This document shows positions 36,150-47,400 of a stretch of DNA of 64,000 bases, piece after piece (positions within the stretch are counted from its first letter, which is position 1; each line of letters begins with the position of its first letter). The notes under the pieces are model-generated. The model was given only the letters and a program-made list of their open reading frames with translations, was not told where the DNA came from and made no database searches. This DNA comes from Selaginella moellendorffii (lineage: Eukaryota > Plantae > Lycopodiophyta): contig NW_003314316.1 of assembly GCF_000143415.4 (NCBI RefSeq), positions 1 through 64,000 of the forward strand, given 5' to 3'. The position numbers and the translations under genes are program-made.

Positions 36150-36420
36150 TCGCAGGTAATGGAGGAAGCCTGGCTATATTTTCGTTTCGCTGTATGGTGG
36201 ATCTTCGATCGGGCTCGGTAAGTTCTTGGATTTCTTATATTTTTTTCTCTCTTGAAGTCTTAAGTGATTCTACCGGCTCGGGAGTACACACGTTCGTGCT
36301 CTACCTTGGTCCTCACATTGCCGTGTTCACGCTCAAAGCCACCTCTGTGGACGCGACGACTTAAAAAGTCCGCTCCATACGACACACCACATTTTGAAAC
36401 GAGCGCCTCCTGTACGAGCA
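36150..36420 (+). pseudogene. VMP1/KMS1 (vacuole membrane protein 1) fragment
   Basis: EEAWLYFRFAVWWI..SSIGLG|GSGVHTFVLYLGPHIAVFTLKAT..KSAPYDT spread over several frames; intron retained. Confidence 0.75.
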
Positions 36421-37429
36421 TTGGCCTCAGTGTCCCGGACTTGCATCTGAGCTCCTTCGACCGACGAACGACAACGACGACGATATCATAGTGGTATGGA
36501 TCAAGAAGAAACCATCGAAGCTCTGGCACAAGCAAATTTAGAGCCGGGTATAGGTACCTGCTCGTCAAGGCCAACACCGAGCTAGCGAGAGCAGCAGCAC
36601 TAGACCCGCCGATTCTTTTTCCAGCCGGAGCAGCGCAGCAGCCAACATCGTGGAGCTCGAATTTATCTGTACCAAAGTTCAATGCTCGCAAATAAAGAAA
36701 CAAGAAAGGAAAAAAAACGCCATGAGGCGCACGAGGATCTTTTTACTGCATTAAAAACAGGTAAACAAACAAAAAAGGAAGTATTGAAAGATGCAGAGCA
36801 AAAATTGGCACATTTATGAATCGTCTACAAACACTCGAACAAACTCGTGAATCACAAAGCGAAAATAGCAATCGATTCTCTTTTCTGATACTTGTACATG
36901 AGATTTACGCTTGGTCCGCAGCACCACCATCGTTGTCAGCTTATTGTCATGCACCTTTCTCTTTTGCTTGTTCTCTTGCCGATGGACATGTCCAACTTCC
37001 ACGGTACAGCATGTCCTTGTTAATCTAAGCCCAAAAAAATAGTTAATCAGTAACAGCGCATTAGCAAGAGAAATCGCATATACCTTTGTCTCTATGATTG
37101 CACTTTGTATGGAGGCTTTATGTAATCCAAAAGACCAAAAGAGGTTTATAAAATAAGATAAGTTTTAAACAAATACAATCAAGACTAAGTCTTTAGCTTT
37201 ATTATCCCTATTACCCCTATGACTTGTATTAATACTTAATTGTGGTCTCCCATTCAACCTCAAACTCAGATCTCGTTTTTATATGTTTTGCAATTTATTA
37301 ATATCAACCAAAAATCAACTATGTACAAGGCTGTAGATGCTAACAAGCAGAATTTGGTAAGAATCTAGTATTATCTTGTGGCCACTCACTGTGTTCCTGG
37401 AGCAAATCAAGAGCAGCGCAAGGCAAATG

Positions 37430-37895
37430 TCAAGAAGAAGAAAAAGAAAGGATCTTCGCTGATCGATCTCTGGCTGAGTCTCGGCCAAAGGTCAAAGTCA
37501 AGAGAGCTCTCAAGAGGATGATGAGACACATCGTGATGAAGTGAAGCACAAGCACGATGGGGGCAAAGATGGAGATGGTGAAGATCGGATTTAAGAGGAG
37601 CATGGAGAACACGATGATAAAGATGAATTCATGGGCGTAACTTAGGATTAAAATTCAACAGTGGTCTTCCTGTTCTAGAAGAAGGTTTTCTCTGTGCTCT
37701 TCATCTTCCAGTTCTACGAAGCAGATTGGCACGGGGATCTTAGAAAGAAAATTCTTCAAGACTACTGCGAAAAGTAATGACGAGTACTACTATGATTGTC
37801 ATTACAAGTACATTACAAGCTGATAGAACTTTTTGTCAGGGTAATTTTTTGTTCATTTTTTAGTTCTTTCACGATAGTGTTTTCGTGCAAGTAAC
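37430..37895 (+). pseudogene. Condensed copy of the 3' part of the lysine-rich gene
   Basis: Collinear with ~33250-33912, e.g. gagagctctcaagaggatgatgagac; contains stops and deletions. Confidence 0.85.
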
Positions 37896-38043
37896 CAGTT
37901 TGGGAGGATTTTCTCAGGTCGGGCAACTAAAAATCGAAAAACTTTGATGTATTTATAAGCTGTTAACATACATTTATCCTTCCCACTAATATATCCTTGA
38001 ATAAACTACATTTCTACCTTTTGGACCAGCTTCTACTGATGCA

Positions 38044-38757
38044 TCATGGGCCATCGTCACGGTCCTTGAGAAGATTACAAATGTCACTACACTCAACCAA
38101 GCTGGCAAAGAGGCAAAGAATCGAAATCGAGAGCTCAACGTAGCAAAGCTTACCAGTACTTGCGAGTTCGAAAGCCATCCTTGAAGACAACCAAAGGTCT
38201 GTAAGGAAAACACAGTTCTGTCGTAGGATCACTAGATAAGAACTAAAATCATGCATTACCTTCTGATGTTTAGGGGCCCTTCTCCCGGTCCTCCAGCTCC
38301 TCCTGCGATGCAAGTCGACACACACTTTTGTGTGCATCTCTCGGCCTTGGGAGAGATTGGTCTTTGGATCCTGGCCGCTTTCTCCGAGCCTGAGCGTTTA
38401 AAACCCGACTGGGAATGAGCACTCGATACAGGCAAGCTGAAAAATTGCTTTTTTTTTCTCTCATCGACAACCTTGAATGTCCCGAGGAACGTTGTTGTAA
38501 GTGTCTTTTTCCGAGATCTCAGCAAGAGCGTTAGAACAACACAGTGTTGCTACCACGGCAAAGAGGCAAACTCCAGTGGCCAATCCATGCTTGGATACTA
38601 CTGCTAATTCTCCATCCTTGCGAGCTATCAAAGATTTAGAACTTACTGGAGAATGGAGCTCAGCCTTCTTACTCATGCGAAACAAAGGTCCTAGAGAGGT
38701 AAGCGAAAGACACTGTGCCATGGCCATTAGCCATCCCGCTAGGACACGTGTCAGCAT
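38044..38757 (-). CDS. Conserved Cys-containing, probably plastid protein (At3g56010-like by recollection), multi-exon
   Basis: RIQRP...CTQKCVSTCIAGGAGGPGEGPLNIRR|PLVVFKDGFRTRKY|CLVECSDICNLLKDRDDGP*. Confidence 0.75.
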
Positions 38758-38854
38758 CTCATTTGAAGGATCTAACAGATGTCAATCTTCCATTCGTCGA
38801 ACTAGCCGTTTAAAAATCACTTTGAAAACGCCGAGCATTTTGCCCTAGCGTGGA

Positions 38855-40339
38855 ATGGGGCGATGGCGGAAGAAGCCCCAAATGGTGCTTTGCGCTGCGC
38901 TTGGAAGGGGCCACATGATCCCGATGATGGGCCTCGCTCGATCGCTAGCTTCTACAGGTGAAATATCGGTCACAATCGTCTTCCAGAACGCTGGAGCTCG
39001 GAATTCCATCCAGGAAGCAACATTCTTCTCAGGGCTGGACGTGGAGCTCGCAGTCCTAGACGCGGCTAATCTGTGCGAGGATCCGCCATGGCTGACTGGC
39101 GGATCCGTCAGCGCAAGGATGCACAAGGATCGATCGCGGCGATCGCCTAAGGCAGCAGCAGGTTCCATGGATCCAGAATCGGCGCTTCGAGAGCTCCTCG
39201 CAGATCTTCTCGCTTCTCCATCGCCTCCGGTCTGCCTTGTGGCCGATTTCTCGCTGCCGTGGACTGCCGCTCCAGCTCGCGATCTAGATCTGGCGAGGTA
39301 TGTGCTCTACACGGACCCTGCGAATTTCATGGCTGTGGCGTATTTTTGCAAGAAGCTCGTGGAGATGGCGATCTTGCCGGCCAAAGATCCCCGCGAGAAG
39401 AAGATCGCTGTTCCTGGCGTCCCGGATCTCTCCCAGCACGATATTTCGCAGTATATATGGGATTCCAGGGACCAATATCACCTCCGGGTAGAACTCTGGC
39501 ACCGAAAGACAGTGGAATCCGACGGTGTGCTACTCAACACTTTCTACGAGCTCGAATCCTCGGCCGTCGATGCGCTTCGAGAAGAGATTCTCCCCGGGAC
39601 GAGCTTGTTCACTGTTGGGCCGCTCATAGCGACTGGCTCTTCCGGCTCGGAAAGTGATAGCAGATGTGCGGTGTACGGGGCCGAGAAGAATGCGTGCATG
39701 GAGTGGCTGGATTCCAAACCGGAATCCTCTGTTCTCTACGTGAGCTTCGGCAGCTGGGAGGTTCTGGTGGACGATCAGATAACGGAGCTTGCGCGAGCAT
39801 TAGAATCCAGCGGCTGTTTCTTCCTGTGGGTGGTGAGGCTCGCTCCAGGATCCAGCATTGGGAGCTTGCTGCCACAGGGATTCGAGAGCAGGGTGATCGC
39901 CCCTGGACGTGGTTTGATCGTCACGACTTGGGCGCCTCAACAGGAGATTCTCAAGCACCAGGCAACTGGAGGATTTGTGACACACTGCGGCTGGAATTCC
40001 GTGCTGGAGTGCGTTTGCTTGGCGGGTGTGCCAATGGTTTGCTGGCCTTTGATCTCGGATCAACCGACGACGTGCCGGTTTGTGGTGGACGGGCTTAGAA
40101 TCGGAGTCGAGATCCACGAGGATGCGAGTGGTTTCGTGGATAGGGGGGAGATTGAGAATGCCGTAAAGATGGTGATGGTGGAAGGCGCTGAGATGCGGCG
40201 CATTGCCGAGGAGTATAAGAGACTAGCAGCGATTGCCGCTAGCGAGGAGGGGAGCTCGAGCATCAGCTTAAGAGAATTCATGGACAAGGCACTCAAGGGA
40301 CGAAGTTATGTCCCTTGCAACTCCGGGAACTCTACGTGA
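38855..40339 (+). CDS. Family-1 UDP-glycosyltransferase
   Basis: GHMIP catalytic His; PSPG box WAPQQEILKHQATGGFVTHCGWNSVLE...WPLISDQ. Confidence 0.95.
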   Translation: MGRWRKKPQMVLCAALGRGHMIPMMGLARSLASTGEISVTIVFQNAGARNSIQEATFFSGLDVELAVLDAANLCEDPPWLTGGSVSARMHKDRSRRSPKAAAGSMDPESALRELLADLLASPSPPVCLVADFSLPWTAAPARDLDLARYVLYTDPANFMAVAYFCKKLVEMAILPAKDPREKKIAVPGVPDLSQHDISQYIWDSRDQYHLRVELWHRKTVESDGVLLNTFYELESSAVDALREEILPGTSLFTVGPLIATGSSGSESDSRCAVYGAEKNACMEWLDSKPESSVLYVSFGSWEVLVDDQITELARALESSGCFFLWVVRLAPGSSIGSLLPQGFESRVIAPGRGLIVTTWAPQQEILKHQATGGFVTHCGWNSVLECVCLAGVPMVCWPLISDQPTTCRFVVDGLRIGVEIHEDASGFVDRGEIENAVKMVMVEGAEMRRIAEEYKRLAAIAASEEGSSSISLREFMDKALKGRSYVPCNSGNST

Positions 40340-40355
40340 TCATCATGGTTAGCAG

Positions 40356-41879
40356 TCACTGGCAGTAGATGCTAGCGAGCAGAATTTGGTGACTACTGTC
40401 TCTAGGATCGAGCTCGAAGCCACGCTCAGCGCAGTACTTGGCACCGCGAACACGACCATGGCTTTTGTAAGCTGCCAGCAACGTAGCCCAAGCCACAGGG
40501 GAGTCTTGTAGCACCGGAAGACTGTGAACGAGCTCCTCGGCGATTGACAAGAATCCCGATCGCGCAGTAACGTCGACCATGCAGCACAGATGCTCCAGCC
40601 GCGGCGTCACGCCTTGCTCTTGCATCAGATGAAGGTAGCAGCGAGCTTCAGCGACAAGGCCGGCATGGCTGCAAGCTTTTACGAGAGCCGAGTACGTTAT
40701 CTCATCAGTTTCCACGCTCTCCATCCTCATTGTGTAGAACAGTTCCTTGCAGCGTTCGACCCGCCCGAAGCGTCCACAGGCCGTCACCAACACGTTCCAG
40801 CACGCGTTGCTAGTGTGGAGAACGTCGTGAGGTAGTGCCTTGAAAAGCTCTTGTGCTCCATCGCTGACGCGAGTCCCTGTGCAGGAAAACTCGTACTCGC
40901 AATGAGCTTGCAGCAAAGCAGTCCAGGAAACAACGTCCGGGTAGAGAATGCCGTCGAAGGTGATCTTCGCAAGCTCTGTGTGCCCGTTGCGAGCGTGCAT
41001 CGTGAGAAGAATGTTGGAGAGCAGCACGTCCAGTTCAGGCAGTCGAGAAAGAAAATCGAGCGCGTGAGAGGAATGCCCCTCTTGAGCATACATTTGCAGC
41101 ATCGACGCCCAAGGCACCGTCAACCAGCACGGCATCGCGTCAAACACCAGCTTTGCTTCTTCCAAATACCTGGCTTTGGCGAATCCATCGAGCAGGCAAG
41201 TGTAAGTCACTAGATTTCGTGCAGGCATCTGATCAAACAAGCTCTTTGCCTTGTCCAGGAAGCCATGGTTTCGTACGTAAGCGAAGATCATGGTGTTCCA
41301 AGAGATGATGTCCCGTACGCCAGCCATGGCGTCGAACAAAGCTCTGGCCTTGTCTACAAGGACACGGGACTGGCTATACGCCGAGAGAAGGATGTTCCAC
41401 GACGCTACGCTTCGCTCCGGCATTCTCACGAAGAGATCCTCGGCGTCTTTCAGGTACGAAAGCTTTGCATAAGCTGAGATCATCGAGTTCCAGGAGACGA
41501 CGTTGCGCTCGAGCATGGAGTCGAAAATCCGTCTGGCATCCGAGAGATGACCGTGCTGGGCATGCGCTTGGAGCATGGCTGTCCAGGACACGACGTTCCA
41601 CTCGGGCATTCTCTCAAACGTCGCCTGCGCTCCCTCGAGATGCCCATTTACGGCATAAGCCTGGAGAAGGATCGTCCACGAGTAGACATTTGGGCGAGCG
41701 ATGGTGCGGAAATGCGACACTGCTCGCTCCAAGTTGGCGCTCTGGCCATACGAATCAATCCTCAGGTTTGCCTCCAGTATGCTGCTTTGTGAATCGTAGA
41801 ACCCACCTTTGTGTTCTTGATGATAGACCACGAAGAAGAACGCAGCAATGTTACAAGAACAGCAATGCATCGCGCTCAT
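40356..41879 (-). CDS. PLS-class PPR protein with E domain; start uncertain
   Basis: PPR repeats; CMVDVTARSG...WATLLAAY...ILLASIY. Confidence 0.88.
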   Translation of the reverse strand: MSAMHCCSCNIAAFFFVVYHQEHKGGFYDSQSSILEANLRIDSYGQSANLERAVSHFRTIARPNVYSWTILLQAYAVNGHLEGAQATFERMPEWNVVSWTAMLQAHAQHGHLSDARRIFDSMLERNVVSWNSMISAYAKLSYLKDAEDLFVRMPERSVASWNILLSAYSQSRVLVDKARALFDAMAGVRDIISWNTMIFAYVRNHGFLDKAKSLFDQMPARNLVTYTCLLDGFAKARYLEEAKLVFDAMPCWLTVPWASMLQMYAQEGHSSHALDFLSRLPELDVLLSNILLTMHARNGHTELAKITFDGILYPDVVSWTALLQAHCEYEFSCTGTRVSDGAQELFKALPHDVLHTSNACWNVLVTACGRFGRVERCKELFYTMRMESVETDEITYSALVKACSHAGLVAEARCYLHLMQEQGVTPRLEHLCCMVDVTARSGFLSIAEELVHSLPVLQDSPVAWATLLAAYKSHGRVRGAKYCAERGFELDPRDSSHQILLASIYCQ

Positions 41880-43716
41880 CAAGTCTTGCACCACTCTATC
41901 CCAGCTCCAAGGCGTTCACAGCTCGTCCATTCCGGATCCTTGCTCCACCATTCTCTCCAACGTTTTGATCCAAATCTATGGCCGCCTCGGCAGCGTGGAG
42001 CAAGCCCGGCGTGTCTTTGACACAATGCACTCCCGCGACAGCTTCTCCTGGAACGTTATGCTCGTGGCATATTCGCGGAACGGGCATCTCGAATATGCCA
42101 AGGCCGTGTTTGATGCCAATCCACGCCCGGACTTTGTTTCGTGGACCTCGATAGTTAGCACTTACAGCAGCCGGGGAATGTTGCAAGATGCTCGGAATCT
42201 GTTTGACAAGATGCCCCAGAGGAATCTCGTCTCGTGGAACGCGATGCTCGCGGCATATGCCAAGGAAGGGCACGTCACGGAGACCAAAAATCTGTTTCAC
42301 AACATGCCTTTGCAAAACTTGATCTCGTGGACGATAGTTTTAAGTGTTCTTAGCCAGGCATTGCTTTTAGAGGAAGCTGAGAAGATATACCTCGCGATGC
42401 CTGAGAGAGATGCGGTATCGACGACCGTGATGCTTGAAGCAAATGCTCAACACGGGCATTTTGGCAAAGTAAATACCATCTTTGACGATATGGCGATTCA
42501 CGACCTTGTTTCATGGAACGCGTTGCTCAGTGCTTATGCCAAGTATGGCAGCAACCCTTTACATCAGTGCAAGGAAGTTTTCTACAAAATGCCCTGTTGG
42601 AACCTTGTGTCGTGGAATGCGATGCTGCTGGCCTTTGCAGGCACTGATCTCAAAGCCGCGAAGAACTGGTTTGACAACGAGATGAGCGAGCCGGGAACGA
42701 GAGATCTCATCTCCTGGAACATTCTCATGTCCGCCTTTGCAAAACACGGCCTCGTCGACGAAGCAAGCGAAGTCTTCTCGCAAATGCCCGTTTGCGATCA
42801 AGTGTCATGGAACTCGCTGCTCTCTGCGTTTGCTCAAAACGGGAGGCTGCCAGAGGCCAAGCAAGCGTTTCACGAAAAAATGCCGGCTTGGGATTCCATC
42901 TCGTGGACGATCATGCTGTACGCCTATGCTGCATCAGGCAACGTTGAAGAAGCCAAAGTTTTGTTTGACAAAATGCCGCTCAAGAGCCTGATCTCCACAA
43001 ACCTGCTGCTTTTCGTGTATGCCCAAGCCCGCTATGACGAACAAGCTCGAAAGTTCCTCGACGAAAGCGCTGCCGAGCATAGCTTAGCTTCGTGGACGAT
43101 GGTTTTGTCCGCGTACGCGCTGAATTCCCAGCTCCGGGATGCCCAAGATCTGTTCGAAAGAATGCCAGAGAAAGATACCGTGGCTTGGACCTCAATTCTT
43201 GCTGCAAATGCCACTTCCGGGCAAATGCATCGAGCAAAGAGACTGTTCGATGCGATGCCCGAGCTGGATCTCGTGGCCTGGACCGTGATGCTGGAAATGC
43301 ACGCCCAAAACAGCGACCCAGAAGGAGTGCTCGATCTCTCGCGTCAAATGCTGATCCATGGAATCCTCCCGGATAACACTGCCTTTACGTGTATGCTCTT
43401 TGGGTGTAGCCATGGCGGCGACGTCGCCGCCGGGCGTTCGAGCTTCCACTCCATGGCGATCGATTTCCACCTGGAAGGCGGGAGGAGGGATTACGGATGT
43501 ATGATCGATCTGCTGGGCCGCGCCGGACACCTGGAGGATGCGATCGATCTGGTGGAGACGATGCCCTATCCCGCGCGCGTCGATGATTGGATCTGCCTGC
43601 TGGGTTCTTGTCGAAGGATTCGCGACGCGCGGCGTGCCACTCGCGCTGCCAGCCGCGCCGTGGAGCTCGATCGAGCGGCGGCACCCTACATTCTCCTGGC
43701 AAACACATTCTCTTAA
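41848..43716 (+). CDS. PLS-class PPR protein with E domain (donor of the mosaics)
   Basis: 622-aa intronless ORF; CMIDLLGRAG...WICLLGSC...PYILLAN. Confidence 0.95.
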   Translation: MLQEQQCIALIKSCTTLSQLQGVHSSSIPDPCSTILSNVLIQIYGRLGSVEQARRVFDTMHSRDSFSWNVMLVAYSRNGHLEYAKAVFDANPRPDFVSWTSIVSTYSSRGMLQDARNLFDKMPQRNLVSWNAMLAAYAKEGHVTETKNLFHNMPLQNLISWTIVLSVLSQALLLEEAEKIYLAMPERDAVSTTVMLEANAQHGHFGKVNTIFDDMAIHDLVSWNALLSAYAKYGSNPLHQCKEVFYKMPCWNLVSWNAMLLAFAGTDLKAAKNWFDNEMSEPGTRDLISWNILMSAFAKHGLVDEASEVFSQMPVCDQVSWNSLLSAFAQNGRLPEAKQAFHEKMPAWDSISWTIMLYAYAASGNVEEAKVLFDKMPLKSLISTNLLLFVYAQARYDEQARKFLDESAAEHSLASWTMVLSAYALNSQLRDAQDLFERMPEKDTVAWTSILAANATSGQMHRAKRLFDAMPELDLVAWTVMLEMHAQNSDPEGVLDLSRQMLIHGILPDNTAFTCMLFGCSHGGDVAAGRSSFHSMAIDFHLEGGRRDYGCMIDLLGRAGHLEDAIDLVETMPYPARVDDWICLLGSCRRIRDARRATRAASRAVELDRAAAPYILLANTFS

Positions 43717-43766
43717 TGCGCGAATTTGTTTTTAGGGTTCTTGGGAAATTTACACTGCTCTAGCTC

Positions 43767-44068
43767 TCAATTCTCTTCCAGGAGCTCCATGACCTTCTCG
43801 ATCGGTACCTCCTCGACCTTCTTGATAACCGTGGTGATCTCGCCGCGCTCCAGAGCCTCGTAAAATTCCCGGACACGGCGCTTGTAGCTGATGTGGTACA
43901 TTTTCCAGCAAGAAGCCACTAATCGAGAGGAATGTTCGTGAGAAAGCCTTGGCGCGATCGAATTGAGATACCTGAGAGGCCCAGAGCGAGGCCGTAGAAG
44001 ATCTCCCTCACGATGCTTGGCGGCCTCCTAGCCGTGGCTGCCGCGGCAGTGGCGACTTTAGAAGCCAT
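43767..44068 (-). CDS. COX5C: Cytochrome c oxidase subunit 5c, 2 exons (absent from ORF track)
   Basis: MASKVATAAAATARRPPSIVREIFYGLALGLS|VASCWKMYHISYKRRVREFYEALERGEITTV...; GT-AG intron 43919-43971. Confidence 0.88.
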
Positions 44069-44451
44069 GGATTAGGGTTCTTCGCATTCTCCTCTTTCTA
44101 GCTAGGTAGGGCTTGAGGACGACGGCGATGGCGGAAAATTTCGGCCTGGGGATGCTACTGGACATTGTGGACGATGACTGGTTGCGCGATACGCTCCCTG
44201 ACGACGGTAAGATCGATCTTGTGCTAATCGATTGATCGATATTTCCTTGTCATAGATATTCCATTTCCTCCCGGCGTCGTTCCCCCGACCGATGACATGG
44301 AAGAATCGAGTATGATTTCTCTCCTCTCTGGGATCGATCGATCGCTCACTGTGTTCTTGGACCAGATCAAGAGCAGCAGCTCGCGGCGCAGGACAAATGG
44401 ACCGATCTCGGCCTCAACACGATTCAGTGATCTTTCAGAGAGACTTCTCCA

Positions 44452-44463
44452 TTGGCGGGAAAA
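44452..44463 (-). promoter_or_regulatory. E2F site in the POLD1 promoter
   Basis: TTTTCCCGCCAA on the minus strand about 20 nt before the ATG, followed by a telo-box-like TTAGGGTT. Confidence 0.65.
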
Positions 44464-44481
44464 TAGAGTTTTTAGGGTTCT

Positions 44482-47400
44482 ATGGCGTCCAGGAGGCGGG
44501 CAGCGCCATCGCAGAGCTCCGCTCCACCTCCAAAGCGCCAGGGGAGCTCTCAGGCACCGGCGGCGACGCGAATGCCAGAGCCGCCGCCTCCTCCTCCTGT
44601 CGACGAGGAGGACTTCGATGAAGATGTGTTCTTGGAGGAGACGCTTCTCAGGGACGTGGAGCTCCAGGCCACTGGCATAACTGCGAGCTTGGCCAAATGG
44701 AAGCGCAACCACGTCGAGGCGTTTGATCCAAAAGAGCATCCCGTTGGTACATAGCACTTGCTTGTTTTTGCGTCTTCTTCGAGCTTACCTTAATCTCGTT
44801 GTCAGTGTTTCAGCAACTCGAGATTGACTATGTGATCGGCGAAAGCGATAGAGAGTGGATGCCAGGAAGAACTGGCCCTGCTGCAATTTTGAGGATGTTT
44901 GGTGTCACGCTGCAAGGTCTGTCTTTGCTTTTTCAAACTTTTACAAAGGGTTTTGATTGATCATCGGTCATCCAGGAAACAGTGTTTGCTGTCATATACA
45001 CGGGTTTGAGCCTTACTTTTATATCAGCTGTCCTGACGGATGGAATCCTGATGACACGTCTAAGTTTCGCCATACTCTCGAGGTAAGTATCAATGCAATA
45101 TCATTGCGGAACTATATGTGTTTTACAGACAAGAATGCGCGAAGCAAACAGGAATAGCAAGACTCCCACTTTTGTTACAAGAGTAGAGATGGTCCAGAAG
45201 CGAAGCTTGATGTACTTCCAAACACAGAAAGCAAGGGCGTTCCTCAAGATTGTTGTTGCGCTTCCAACAATGGTTGCTTCCTGTAGAGGTACGACTTTTT
45301 AGTAGAGTACTGAAACTAAGTACGCTTTTCCGAGCAGGAATTCTTGAAAAAGGCATCACTTTGGAAGGCTTTGGTCATAAATGCTTCATCACATACGAGA
45401 GCAATATTCTCTTTGCTCTTCGATTCATGATTGATTGCAACGTAGGTGGTGGAAACTGGATTGAGCTTCCTGGTGGATCTTATCGTTTGACTCCACGCCG
45501 ACTTTCAACCTGCCAAATTGAGATCGATATACTGTAAGTTTGTCATTTCAAATGTGAAATATTGTGAAATGTTCAACACTTTTATTTGTGCTTTCTGATC
45601 CAGATACAACAAGATTGTCAGTCATAGTGCTACTGGCCAGTACTCCAAGCTTGCACCTTTTCGTATATTGAGCTTTGACATCGAATGTGCTGGGCGGAAA
45701 GGACATTTTCCAGAGCCCGAACATGATCCCGTTATTCAGGTGCGTATCTTTCATTTGTTTTTCGATTCAATAAGTGGCGCCATTATGTAGATTGCGAATC
45801 TTGTGACAGTTCAAGGGGAAAGTCGTCCTATGGTTCGAAATGTGATGACGCTCAAATCTTGTTCTGCGATAGTTGGAGTGGACGTTATGTCCTTCGATAC
45901 TGAGAAAGAGGTCCTCTTGGCATGGCGGGTAAGTATTTCTTAATAATTACAATATAGTATAATGTGATTGTGATTGTGCAGGACCTTATCCGAGAAGTTG
46001 ACCCCTGACATTATTATCGGCTATAACATTTGCAAGTTCGATATGCCTTACCTGATCGAGGTATGTTAAATTCTGTGATTTCTGCTCACGCTTTCATCTT
46101 GCCTGGGCAGAGGGCACAAAAACTTGGAATTGTGGAGTTTCCTGTTCTTGGACGTATTCGCAACAGCCGAGTCCGTGTTAGAGATGCGACATTTTCTTCA
46201 AGGTTGTAAATGCGCCTGGTGGTTGTCACTAATATTTGCTCCATTCGTTTAGGCAATATGGTATAAGGGAAAGCAAGGAAGTTTTGATAGAAGGACGCGT
46301 ACAATTCGATTTGCTACAGGTTTTTTGCATTTATTTTTGTCTGGCACTAATGTGAAGTTTCCCTGCAGGCAATGCAAAGAGATTATAAGCTCAGCTCATA
46401 CTCCTTAAACTCGGTGTCTGCTCATTTCCTTGGAGAGCAGGTTCAGAGCTTTTATTATTTTGAATAAGTCTCACCTTTGCCTTACAGAAAGAGGACGTCC
46501 ACCATTCCATCATTGCTGATTTGCAAAATGGTAACTCGGAAACTCGGAGGCGTTTGGCTGTTTACTGCTTAAAAGTGAGCCGCACTTTGGTTCTATGTTT
46601 ATATTTTCCATGTTTTCTCTGTCAGGATGCGTATCTGCCTCAGAGATTACTCGAAAAGCTGATGTTTATATATAACTATATCGAAATGGCAAGAGTAACA
46701 GGAGTTCCCATTTCGTTTCTTCTTTCGAGGGGACAAAGTATCAAGGTACAGTGGATTTTATTGTTATTTTTGCTCATTTATAACAAACACTACCCAGGTG
46801 CTTTCACAAATTCTAAGAAAATGCAGACAACGAAACTTTGTCGTGCCAAACATTAAGGGACAAGGGGCTGGGCAGGAAACCTTTGAAGGTGCAACCGTAA
46901 GTAGTTCGGGCTTTTGAATCGATTTTTATAAACGCTGCTGCGTTACAGGTTCTAGAAGCAAGGGCTGGATTTTACGAAAAGCCAATTGCCACGCTTGATT
47001 TTGCATCACTGTACCCATCAATTATGATGGCTTACAATCTTTGCTATTGCACCTTGGTACTGTACTCCATATTGTGTATTTGATTGTGGAATTACTTGTT
47101 TTATTCAGGTTAGAACGGAGGATCAAGCCAGATTGAACATAGCACCAGAAAATGTTAACAAAACGCCGTCTGGTGAAACGTTTGTCAAAACAAATATGGA
47201 GAAAGTAATAGCTCTATGTGCTTATATATGATGATTTTGACATTAATTTTCAGGGGATCCTTCCTGAAATCTTAGAGGAACTGCTTGCTGCCAGAAAGCG
47301 AGCCAGAGCCGACCTGAAGGTGATTTTAAGAAGAACGTTAAGCTTAACTTATCAAATCATTGCAGGAAGCTACCGATTCACTTGAAAAAGCCGTGTTGGA

